Below are positions 40,753 to 53,951 of a DNA stretch of 64,000 bases, piece after piece. Every line of letters starts with the position of its first letter. Within the stretch, counting starts at the first letter, position 1. The DNA lies in the NCBI GenBank assembly GCA_951406725.2, contig OX597820.1, positions 70,246,001 through 70,310,000 of the forward strand, given 5' to 3'. The position numbers and the translations under genes are program-made. Source of the stretch: Octopus vulgaris. Its lineage: Eukaryota. The notes below the pieces were generated by a model. It was not told where the DNA came from, made no database searches, and saw nothing but the letters and a program-made list of their open reading frames with translations.

Positions 40753-41038
40753 TTTGTTCTTTTCAAGCCATGCCTGGCTCATTAGGGCCGGTTTCCCGGT
40801 TTCCTTGGCGTATAGATTCCCCACTTGGACGGGATGCCGGTCCGTCGCAGGTGAGCGGCAAGATTCAGGAGGAGTGAGAGAAAGTTGTGGCGAAAGCGTC
40901 AACAGAAGTTCGCCATTACCTGCTGCCGGAGCTTGGGTGTTTCGCTCATAAACACACACATCGCCCGTGCTGAGATTCAAACCCGCGATCCCTCGACCGC
41001 GAATCAGCTGCTCTAACCACTAGGCCATGTGCCTCCAC
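40753..41038 (-). mobile_element. tRNA-derived SINE type C
   Basis: Head and body related to type B; different tail ...GAAACCGGGAAACCGGCCC..ATGAGCCAGGCATGGCT. Confidence 0.85.
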
Positions 41039-41204
41039 TGGCAGGGAATATAGTGAACTGAATCAACTCCAGAATATGTCTGGAATCTATTTATATCCTG
41101 TTGTGGGATTTAAACTGAAAATGCAAAAAGAGCGAAGAGAATATTGAAAGTAATTTGGTTTCGTTATTCAAATGTTTTGTCGTTTTATGTCCCCAGCAGG
41201 AGTA

Positions 41205-41400
41205 AATTATCAACAAGTAACTAATATTCTTATTTGGCTAGCAATAACAAGTTACTAATATCATTATAGCGAGTTTGTGATATTCATAATGGCAAGTTAG
41301 TAATATTCATAATAGCAATTCAGTAATATTCTTAATAGCAAGTCAGTAATATTCTTAACAGCAAGTCAGTAATATTCTTAATAACAAGTTATAAATATTC
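41205..41400. repeat. Degenerate minisatellite of about 21 bp (TAATAGCAAGTCAGTAATATTC-like)
   Basis: About 8 imperfect units visible. Confidence 0.75.
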
Positions 41401-41899
41401 TCTGTCAACGGAAAATTTAATATCCAATTATAAACGTTTCGTTTATTGCATTTTAAAGCTGAAACTCTATCCTCTCACTGTGTAATCTCAAAATATTATT
41501 TAATCTAATCTCTTAAGAAAGAATGAATGAATTACATTAACACGGCTCTATGTTCGCAGAGCAAAACACAAAGTTTAAAACTTTCTAGGCAACGTACGCT
41601 AATCAGTTATAAAAGAAAGCACGCGTCTGATAAGACACATTGAAAAGCCTTACAGGTGTAATTTTCACAGAGACGGTAGAGAACACATTTTTATCTCCGT
41701 TTAATTCACATTTTCTTTATTAGTGCATTTCACATTTAGCAAGTCTAAATAAAAGACTATAGCTTTCAAAGAATTCAAACATTTAACATGTATGATTTGA
41801 CAATTTGGAATGTAATATTTCCCTATTGGGAAGTAGGTTTTGGTGACATTAGAAACGTTGGAATTGTATTTTAAGTTAAGTTAATTTTTTGGCTCAAAA

Positions 41900-42295
41900 A
41901 GCAAAAAGCAAGGCCATGTCGGGGGACATGGAGTTATGTACAGGGAGGGTGTTCATGCAAAGAGTTCAGGCCATTTCTGGTCAAGAGAGACTTTGAACCG
42001 AGCGGTCATCGGCATATTCACTATCTCGTCCGGCAGCTTGTTCCACGGATCCGCAACCCGGACGGAGAAAGCCCCTCTCCTTCGATTGAGATGAAATCGT
42101 CGCAGATAGAGTGACCCCGCAGCCGACGCTCTGGAGCAGGAGTGAAGAACAGCTCTTTCGAGAGGTTACACTTTCCGCTTATGATGTTGTGAGCAAGAAT
42201 GAGATCACCACGGCGTCGTCGTTTTTCTAGAGAATAAAGGTCGAGCGTCTTCAGCCTTTCTTCATAAGACAAATGCTTGAGACCAAGAGTTATTT
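41900..42295 (-). mobile_element. CR1-type LINE 3' fragment
   Basis: GLKHLSYEERLKTLDLYSLEKRRRRGDLI...RGHS, then RVADPWNKLP in a shifted frame. Confidence 0.88.
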
Positions 42296-42427
42296 GGTTC
42301 ATTAGTTCAGACAGATGTTTCCTTTTTATCCCTCTTCGAATTTCTTCATTTATTATTCCATCTTGATCATTAAACTGCCATTATTGTAATATCGAGCCAC
42401 GTCCATATAATATCTTTACTATTCACA

Positions 42428-43446
<1,019 letters not shown>

Positions 43447-45299
43447 TCAAATCAAAAGACTTGAAAATTTTGTTATATTCTTAATTCCAATCGCTATGTA
43501 TGTCACATTTATATCGATACATTGGATTATTGTGAACATGCAGATATGCGTCACGAGATCACAGCTTGGATTATAATCCCCTATACTCACTATAAATAGT
43601 CATTTGTATTTGTGATATGTCATAAATTCATTGGTTACCCCGATTACCTGTTTATTCCTTTGTTCTGATATACCTATACTAGCTCGGCCGGTATATTTCT
43701 TTTATCACATCTCTGCCCTTAATGCTGGAGCTGAAGCACAAATTCGAGCTGATCACTCATTCTATGCATCTATTATTCGATACCGTTTGGGATCTTATTA
43801 CCCAAAACGTGTATGAAGCGAATCGCTTCGTGGATTCTTAGCCAGAATTTGAAACCCAGTCTAGATGTTTCTATGAGTCCCTTCATATATTTAATCAGCA
43901 TTTGCACTAAAAAAAATTATTGAATATAAACTGTCAATTTCAGATACGTCCTATGGCTTTCTCAAAACCCTTTCGTTAAATACAGTTAAGACCACATAAC
44001 AGACGATACTGCCTTCATGTAGCCTGACTTGAATTATGTAGGGAAATGTTATAAATACAGAACCATATGTGTGTGTCTAAATTAATACACACATACTTCA
44101 GTAGTCTTTATGGGATGAATTTTATCCGGAAGCAATGATTTTACAGTGAAACGGTTAAAGAAAAAGAAGCAATGTTTGTTGAACGCGAAAGGATAAAGGA
44201 TAGTCGATTATGGTAATCTTTGCACAATATATGACATATTCACACCTACTGTCACTACTATTACTATTTCTACTACACTGTTTAGCAATCAAGCTCTCTA
44301 TACCAACCCATACACTAGCTAACAGCTAACATGCTGTCACCGACTTTAACAATAATAATGACGATAAACTTTATTCCATTAGAATACAGTTTATTGTCAG
44401 GGCGAAGTGTATAAACATTTGAAGGATATTCTCAATGAAGTCTTTCAAAATATTATTTTATTGTTTAAATGCGTTGTTGAGAAGAGACAGCATTTGACAA
44501 GCGTAACTAAATGGAATAAACCAAATGACCTGACTGTAACGATGCTTAACGTAACTGGTAGAGAATATTTGCAGCAACTTCTCACGTTGAAGATGCAGAG
44601 GAAGTACAAACAGGTAAAACAATAAAAAAAAGTGCCATCGCAGGCTTTGAAAATATAAAAAAAATCTTCGTCGATCTACTGAAAAAAATTCAGTCATGTT
44701 GCGTTGCACTTAATCTGACAAACAGATTCAATTTCCTAGAAAGTGTGAAGACATAACAGGAAAAATGGTTTTGGAGATGGTAAAAATAGAACATGAAATA
44801 CTGAGCAATTACCGTCAAAGAGAGCCATAAAAAAAAACCAAAAAAAAACCAAACATACAGGAGTGGCTATGTGGTAAGTAGTGGTTCAGTCCCACTGCGT
44901 GGCACCTTGGGCATGTGTCTTCTGCTATAGCCTCGGGCCGACCAAAACCTTGCGAGTGGATTTGGTAGACGGAAACTGAAAGAAGCCCGTCGTATATATC
45001 TATATATGTGCGTGTGTCTGTGTTTGCCCCTTCAACATCGCTTGACAACCGATGGTGGTGTGTTTACATCCCCGTAACTTAGTGGTTCAGCAAAAGAGAC
45101 CGATAGAATAAGTACTAGGCTTCCAAAGAATAAAACCTGGGGTTGATTTGCTAGACGTAAACGAGGTGCTCCAACATGGCTGCAGTCAAATGACTGAAAC
45201 AAGTAAAAGAGTATACACACACACACTGGCACCATAAAAGTGTAACTAGGACTAAAATGGTTAAAAGAGAAAGGAATTCAATGGAAACCAATCTGCAGT

Positions 45300-45830
45300 C
45301 TTCAGAACATAAGGGGTCAATAAATATCACAGTGTATCTCTCCTAAGAAGATGCAGAATCATACTGGAGAAATATGTGGGGCTAAGTAAGGGAATTAAAT
45401 TACAGAGCATGTTGGCTGCAAGAAATTCGAAACAAATTTTGTCTCTGTATTAAACCAAAAATATACAGCATTAATGGTGAGAAACAGAAAAGCATCTAAG
45501 GATGTTTATTTCGGATATACTACTAAGCTTTTAATGGAGGCACAAATGTGACACACTAACGGAAACAAAACTGATATTCTAAAACTATGGCAAAAAGGTA
45601 CCTGTCAACTGCATGCCTCAATCTCATGTATAAAATGTGTGCAGACTGTCTGAATGCATGCAGCCTGTTTGGATCTGTTCTTTCAAGATATCTGTGATAG
45701 TGATAACATAAAATACCACGACAGCTTGAACATGCAGTAAGGAAAAAAGAAGTTTGGGTGTGTGGTGAACAATTCTTGATTGGTAAAACTTTGGATAACA
45801 AAGACATTTGACTCTTCAGAAAATATTATC
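45300..45830 (+). mobile_element. Decayed reverse transcriptase fragment, R4/Dong-like
   Basis: ESYWRNMWG...NYRACWL, ACLNLMYK (NYRPIxCLNxxYK-like), WVCGEQFLIGK (WGCxEQLLINK-like). Confidence 0.65.
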
Positions 45831-46466
45831 AAGGCCACAGAAAACCTAATAGAACCGTTAAAGCATCGAACAAAATATCTTGTATTTAGTTACGGCCCTG
45901 ATTTGTTGTATTTAGTTACTATATTTGATGTTATGAATTCAAATCCTATCTGAGGTGATTTTATTTCTCATACTTCCGGGGTGGGAAAAGAGGTCAATAA
46001 AATAAATAAAATACGGTCAAGCACTGGAATCGATTCCACTACAAAGTCCAATCCTTGTTGCAGTGTGGTAATTTGTGTGTTCACTGACCCTGAAAGCTAT
46101 ACCAGCAGAGTGCAAAGTCCTGGCAGGGCCTTCCATGCTGAACAGATCAAAAGATAAAGGCCAGATAAACTATCTTTTCCCAGAGGTAAAAATGGGTTTG
46201 CGTAGGGCAAAAAGTCCTACCCAGAAAAATGAAGGTAAAGTCACAGAAGCATCGATGATAATTCAAAACCAAAAAGCCTTCCATTGGAAAGTAGGGATTC
46301 AACTGGAGAGAAGCAGAACACACAACCCAGAATCGAAGACAGTGACGCAAAATCGTCGATATCCTTTGCGCCATAATGAGTGAAGGATTTACAAAATTGA
46401 GTACTGGAATCGTCATATTCAGTTATACAGCACTATACATAAACACACAATTTGGAGCCTTGTGCC

Positions 46467-47035
46467 CAGGGCTATATTTAGACCCCTAGAGGCCCTAAGC
46501 ACTTAAAAGGTTTTGGTGCCCTCAAGTATATGTAAATAGTTCAAAATGTAAACGATAATAAACCATGAAATAAATTTTTATTTTTCAGTAGGAAATCAAA
46601 TTCAAAAAGGTACAGCGTTGTCACACACTTTGTCACATTGAGTCTACTTGAGAATTGCACTAAGGGTACACGTGTCCGTGGAATGCTCAGCATGTTAATT
46701 CAGAAGCAACTTTTTACGTCTAACAAAAAACTGAATCCTCGTCGTAAGATAGAAAACGATGTTTATTTTTGTATGCTTCCACTTTATTTATATTTAAAAA
46801 GTTTTCACTTTCGTTTTTATAATTTAATTGCAAAGTCTTCGATGACAATGTTAAAATTAATTTTACGTAAAACTTCTGCATCTATACTTAGTAGAGATAA
46901 GGCATTACGAATATTATCTTAGCAAGTTGAAAGTGATTTTTTTCGTGCCGTAAACCATTTCCATTTCTACTGTGCCCCTCCCTCTTGATGCCATAAGAAC
47001 GCGCTTATTTTGCTAATTGGGTTAATCCGGCGCTG
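46467..47035 (-). mobile_element. hAT non-autonomous element, same family as the 33913 copy, opposite orientation
   Basis: Perfect 8-bp TSD CTTGTGCC at 46459-46466 and 47036-47043; CAGGGC...GGCGCTG ends. Confidence 0.85.
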
Positions 47036-47728
47036 CTTGTGCCTGTTTCAAAAAATCAATGAGGATTCTTGCATTTCCTCTTCATATTTTTTAAAATCTG
47101 TTTTCTTTAACTTTGTGGTTTAGAGAGAAAGAGAGAGAGAGAATAGTCGATGGTTAGGATGTTCACTTCGCAACCACGAAGCCCAACATTCGGTCCAACC
47201 GGTGATAACTTGAGCAAATGGCGTTTTTTTACAGCCTCGTTTCGCCCCTTAGTTTTGAGTGAAATTAGATGGACGGAAGCCTTATAAAATCTCATCTGGT
47301 GTATTTACCTGTAATTCAAAAAGGTACAGCGTTGTCACACACTTTGTCACATTGAGTCTACCTGAGAATTGCACTAAGGGTACACGTGTCCGTGGAATGC
47401 TCAGCCAGATGCATGTTAATTCAGGAGCAACTTCTTACGTCTAACAAAAAACTGAATCCTCATCGTCGAACGACGGAGATCCACCACTATAGTCAGTACA
47501 GGAATGGCAATCAATACTCATTGCCTTTCTTCGGGAGATCGAAAGGAGGTTATCTGTAGATTGAAGACCATGTAGTCTGTATACATATAAAAGAGTGACC
47601 AGCGCTGACGACACTCTTCGGGTCAGGGGTCAGATGTTGGTATTAAAACTAGCCACGGTCTGAGTTTACCACACATTGGTGTTGCGAAAGATACAATTAA
47701 GAAGAAAAAACAAACGGAGAAGTAAAAT

Positions 47729-47729
47729 G

Positions 47730-47787
<58 letters not shown>

Positions 47788-47790
47788 GAG

Positions 47791-47848
<58 letters not shown>

Positions 47849-47852
47849 CGTC

Positions 47853-47889
<37 letters not shown>

Positions 47890-47915
47890 GAGGAGGAGGA
47901 GGAGGAGGAGGAGGA
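47729..47915. repeat. (TAG)n(GAG)n microsatellite
   Basis: Directly visible; source of the poly-V, poly-L and poly-T ORFs. Confidence 0.95.
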
Positions 47916-48691
47916 ATGAGAAATAGAAGAAAAATGAACAAAAAATATGAAGAAAAAGAATAAAAAGATGAAAGTATAGGGGAAAAAGCGTCACATTAAA
48001 TCAAGGACAGGATTAACAGTTTTTCAAACTTCAAGCATACTCAGACATACTTGCATACCGATATATATATAAATATAAATAAGTATATAAATATAGTGAC
48101 GTACATTTGCCATTTAAATATGGCTAATCCCTAAGGGTGGATGCTACTGTAGTTTGTAGCCCAAAGAGGACATCTCCTCCAGCTGGCCATAGACACAATT
48201 TCTGTTCTCTATCAGTGTTTGCAAAGGGAAGCCATCCTAACCGTCTACAACTTATGATACACACGGACTCGAGTTTCTAGATATTGACCCATCATCGGCG
48301 TGTGACAATCACAGTTGTCGATGAGAAGCAGGTTCCCTTCACAAACACTTATACTTTTTCTAGTATCGATAGACACTGATATCAAAAAAGTGTAAACAAG
48401 CAATAATAAATCTCAGAGCGAGTTATAAACAGTAGCTACAACACATTTAAATATGGCTAACCCCCTAAGGGTGGATGCTACACTGCAAACATTGATAGGG
48501 CACAGAAATTGTGTCTATGGCCAGCTGGAGGAGGTGTCCTCCTGGGGCTACAAACTACAGTAGCGTCCACCCTTAGGGGCTAGCCATATTTAAATGGCAA
48601 ATGTACGTCACGTTGTGTTGTAGCTACTGTTTATAACTCGCTCTGAGATTTATTATTGCTTATATAAATATAAACATATATATATATATAT

Positions 48692-48740
<49 letters not shown>

Positions 48741-49354
48741 CTTTTACTCTTTTACTTGTTTCAGCCATCCGGCTGAGGCCATGCTGGGGCACCGCCCTTG
48801 TTGCTACCTATACATATATATAAAAGGGTGGCTTATTAGCAATAAGAACGTAAAGACAAAATTAATACAGATCACAAAGTGACGGAGGGTGCTGGCCAGC
48901 ACTGGTTTTGCTAAAAATAAGAGTTAAATTAACTCTTAAGTACGTTGCGGACTTACTTCGCTTCGTCAGTCATTAATTTAGTGCTTTAGTGGCTTTAGAG
49001 TTAATTTAACTCTTATTTTTAGCACAAGCGGTGCTGGCCAGCAGCCTCCGTCCCTTTTATGACCTCTCTCTCTTTCTCTATATATATATAATAAAAGAGT
49101 AACTCTACATTAAGGAGTGGAAGGTACAATTTCCTGAAATTCATACCATCTACCATCTCATAATGTCAAGAATTCTGAAATAATATTTCCGGAAAAAACA
49201 GGTGCAGGCATAGTTGTGTTGTTAAGGAGCTCGCTTTGCAACATTGTAGTTTCGGGTTCAGTTTCAACTGCGTGGCACCTTGGACAGTGACTTTTACTAT
49301 AGCTCTGTTTCGACCTTTGTTTTGTGAGTTGGTGGAAACTGTTTGGAAGCTCGT

Positions 49355-49503
<149 letters not shown>

Positions 49504-50404
49504 ATGTATATGGTGGCCTGGGTGTCCTCAAACCACCCCTTGACAACCGCTGTTGGTTTGTTTACTTTCCTATAATGTAACAATTGGGCGAAAGAGACCA
49601 AAATAATAAGTACTGAACTTAAAATGTAACTTCTGGGGTCGATCTGTTCAACTAAACCCTTCAAAAGGTGTCCCACCATGGCTGCAAATGAATGACGAAC
49701 ACAAATAAAAGATGACATGGGAGATATGGTTTTCGTCTCCGGAAGTATGAATTTTTTTTTTTTCATCTTTTAGCTGCGAGGAAAAGCAGCTCTCATGTCC
49801 TTCCATAGAGCTTCTGAAAGCCCTTACTTAAATTGCTTTTTACAGAATAAATTCCGTTAAAGGCACTCAGGGTACCAGGTAACGATGTCAAACCTGATAA
49901 CGGATGAGGTTTTCTCAAATGCCCGAAGTTGGCCACAACGGGATTTGAACTCAGTTAGCAAAGCATCTGGCCCAATGTTCTTGAACCAGAGTTAGCAGAA
50001 TTGTTACCGCGCCGGATACAACGTGTAGCAGTATTTTTTTCTATCTTAACGTTCTGAGTTCAAATGCCGACGAGTCAAGAAAATAAATAACCGTTGGGCT
50101 CGATGTAAACGACTGTCCCCTTCCCTCAACATTTCAGGCTTTGCGCCCTTAGTAGAAAGAATTAAGGTGGTGAACTAGCAAAATCGTTGACGCGCAGGAC
50201 AAAATTCTTAGCAGCAATTTTTTCCGTTTTATGTTCTGAGTTCAAATGCTGCCGAGGTCGATTTTGTCTTTTATCCCATCAAGGTCGTTAAAATTAGTAT
50301 TATTCAAGCGTTGGGGTCCATGTAATCGACTAGATCTTACTCCACCCAAATTTTAGGCCGTATGTCTATAGCAGAAAAAAAAATGTACTTTGTCTGGTAC
50401 ATGT

Positions 50405-50556
50405 AGCTGTGTGGTAAGTAGCTTGCTTACGAACCACATGGTTCCGGGTTCAGTCCCACTGCGTGGGACCTTGGGCATGTGTCTTCTACTATAGCCTCGG
50501 CTCCGACCAAAACCTTGTGAGTAGATTTGGTAGACGGAAACTGAAAGAAGCCCGTC

Positions 50557-50630
<74 letters not shown>

Positions 50631-50840
50631 TTGTGTCTGTGTTTGTCACCCCAACATCGCTTGAAAACCGATGCTGGTGTGCTTACGTCCTCGTTACCTA
50701 GCGGTTCGGCAAAAGAGACCGATAGAATAAGTACTAGGCTTACAATGAATAAGTCCTGGGGTCGATTTGCTCGACTAAAGGCGGTGCTCCAGCATGGCCA
50801 CAGTCAAATGACTGAAACAAGTAAAAGAGTAAAAGAGTAA
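50405..50840 (+). mobile_element. SINE type A
   Basis: Match to consensus. Confidence 0.88.
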
Positions 50841-51449
50841 GACCCGAAACTATGAAAGGTAAAGCTGAACTGACATCGATTTGAACTCAAAACCTTGAAT
50901 GTCAGAAAAAATGTGTTGCATTCTACCAGATGCTCTGAGAACTCCTCCAATTTCGTTACGTTCTTTATAAAAATACTGCCCCAGACTGGTCGCAGTTCCT
51001 CGTACAACGACACTGAATCAGATTGTTGCGCAGTACTTATTGTTACATTAATATATTGTTTCCGTTTTTGTATTCCTAACTAAATCACATCTCAACCGAT
51101 TCTGACTGTTGTTTGTATAATAAAATATAGGCGCAGGAGTGGATGTGTGGTAAGTAGTTTGCTTATCAACCACATGGTTCCGGCTTCAGTCCCACTGCGT
51201 GGCACCTTCGGCAAGTGTCTTCTGGTCTAATTGTCATCATCATGAACGTATCATGGGCAAATAACCTTGGCGGCGCCCATTCTTCTCCAACCTGTTATCT
51301 ACAACGGTAAGCCTTTAGCTGAGACACATCTTGACCCCGAACACCAGGCTATTGACTTGAGCAGGTTCTTCCACCCTCGCCGGTGACACCTTGGGAAGAT
51401 TTCCCAGAGTCTTTCACATACAAGTGCATTGTTAAGACCACCCGTCACG

Positions 51450-51596
51450 TAAGAAGCTGGCTTCCCAACCACTTAGTTCCGGGTTCATTCCCACTACATG
51501 GCACCTTGGGCAAGTGTCTTCTACTATAGCCTCGGGCCGACCACAGCCTTGTAAGTGGATGTGGATTTGGTAGACGGAAACTGAAAGAAGCCCGTC

Positions 51597-51658
<62 letters not shown>

Positions 51659-51832
51659 GACGGGCTTCTACCAAATTCACATCCACTTACAAGGCTGTGG
51701 TACATACATACATACATACATTATATATATATATATGCCACTACATGGCACCTTGGGCAAGTGTCTTCTACTATAGTCTCGGGCCGACCACAGGGCTATA
51801 GCAGAAGACACTTGCCCAAGGTGCCATGTAGT

Positions 51833-51895
<63 letters not shown>

Positions 51896-52215
51896 TATGT
51901 ATGTATGTACCAGAGTAAACGCGTAAGTGCGAAACAAGGTGGAAAAAATAGTACTCGAATACCAGAGGTAGAGTAATGTGTATGTATGTATGTATATATG
52001 TGTGTGTATATGTTTGTGTGTGTGTGTTTGTCCCCCCAACCTCGCATGACAACCGATGCAGGTATTTTTACCTCGCGTACCTTAGCGGTTCGGTAAAAAA
52101 AAGGCCGATAGAATAAGTACTAGACTTATTCGGGGGTGGGGTCGATTTGTTCGACTAAAGGCGGTGCTCCAGAATGGCTGCAGTCGAATGACTGAAACAA
52201 GTAAAGGAATAAAAG
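51450..52215 (+). mobile_element. SINE type A with internal fold-back duplications
   Basis: 5' half, inverted self-copies, then 3' half (see findings). Confidence 0.8.
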
Positions 52216-52259
52216 AATGCCTGTTCATCAACCAACACGTACGAATTATACCAAGTTAT

Positions 52260-52830
52260 TGTTGTGGTTACACTAAGTAACTCGCCCTTGCCTTTCTTGA
52301 GGGCGTTCGGTTACAATCTCGCCTTTTCCCCACCGCGTTTAATCAGCAGAGGCACGACAGCACGAAGAAAAACGGTAAAAGACACGCGTAATTTCTCTAA
52401 TCTAAATTTATCTCCTCTTTCTCTCTCCTTCTTTCTTATTAACGCTGTTTCTCTCTGTCGCTACCGATCCCACTCACTGTCTCAGCCCATTCTCTTTCTT
52501 CGTCTCTCTCTCTTCGTCTCTCTTCTGCCCCGCTCGCACGCTTTCTACCGCTTTTTTTTTTTCCTTCTTCTTTTCACTTACGCCATTCTCATTTGCTCCA
52601 AGCCTCTCAGTTCTTTCTTTGTATCTTTCTTTCCCTTTTCTCTTTCCTTCATTTCTTTCTTTATTTATTAGCCAATGATGCCTGTAAATAAATATATTTA
52701 TTTTCTCTTTCTGTTTTTTATTTATATATTAACAATTTATTTATTTATTTATTGCTACTGACAAAAGTTTCGTGTTGTTCGCGGGAGCAGATAGATACAC
52801 TTCTACTACCAAATAATTTATATATTAACA
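52260..52830. mobile_element. Probable solo LTR (571 bp)
   Basis: TGTT...AACA ends, TTAT/TTAC flanks, CpG-rich start, CCAAT and AATAAA inside. Confidence 0.4.
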
Positions 52831-53232
52831 TTACCAATTCGTACGCGGATTCGAAATCTTAAAAAACAATCTCTCAGATCAACGCTTCGAGAAAGCGTTC
52901 TGCTACTCACTACAGTTCTTCGCAAGATATTCTTTGCGATCTGTTACAGAATTGTTGGATCAGTATTGTTTATAGATATATATATATATATATATCTAGA
53001 TATAAAAGCAGATAGATAAACCATATATACACACATATATATGTATACATATATGTATATATATTTATAATCATAAAAAAAACTTATCACACAGAGAAAA
53101 TTCAGGTAAACTATATTACCTTTATATTTATATTTTTGTTGTAATTTGCTGCGTTTTTTTACGTTTGTGTGTGTGTGTGTGTATGTATTTCTGTGTGCTT
53201 GCGCGCGAGCGCTTTTATACATCCACGTATAT

Positions 53233-53573
53233 ATATTAGCCTTCTACAAATGTTGATCGATACAACTTTATATGATAAATAATAAACTAACAACAATTTA
53301 TCGATTTAATTCGGAATGTATTTGATCAGATCAAAGAAGCTTTGGTTACAAAATATGCTAGAAATAGCAACCAAAACAAATAAACATAAAGAACGGAATT
53401 GCATGTATGTATGTATTTATATTAGCTTTCTACTTATGTTATTGATCGATACGAGCTTATGCAGTAAATAATAAATTAACCGTAATTTATCGATTTAATT
53501 CGAAATATTTGATCTGGTCGGAAAGGCTTTTAACGAGCTCTGTTTACTTGACATGCTAGAAATAACAGCCAAA
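53233..53573. repeat. Old tandem duplication, unit about 185 bp
   Basis: TATATTAGC.TTCTAC...TTATCGATTTAATTCG...ATGCTAGAAATA at 53233 and 53418. Confidence 0.8.
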
Positions 53574-53918
53574 TGCATAGAAATGAACCGAGAGAAAGAA
53601 AGGAAACAAAGTTTCTTTTAGTTCACAACCTATTGCCTTAACAAAATAAAAAGTTGGCGGGGTGGGGTGGGGAGGAAATGGAGATGAAAGGTGATTATAG
53701 TAATAGAGAGATGATAACTGGAAAAGATATTGTCAAAATAACAACATATGGATACGGCTGAGGGGGGGGGGGGCAGTCGTCGATGGGGGGCACTCAGTCA
53801 GGGGTGATATGGGAAGCGAAGGGGAGTGAAACAGCAGCAAACAATCATAACAACATGAACATATCATCATCGTCGCCGTCATCATCATCATCATCATTAT
53901 TTTAATTATCATTATTTT

Positions 53919-53951
<33 letters not shown>

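Noticed and set aside
38430-41400. Short regular repeats considered as CRISPR-like arrays
   Set aside because: Contiguous tandem units with no unique spacers, no cas genes, eukaryotic context
46075-46390. 102-aa ORF
   Set aside because: No recognisable domain; looks like a decayed RTE-type LINE 5' region, too weak to call
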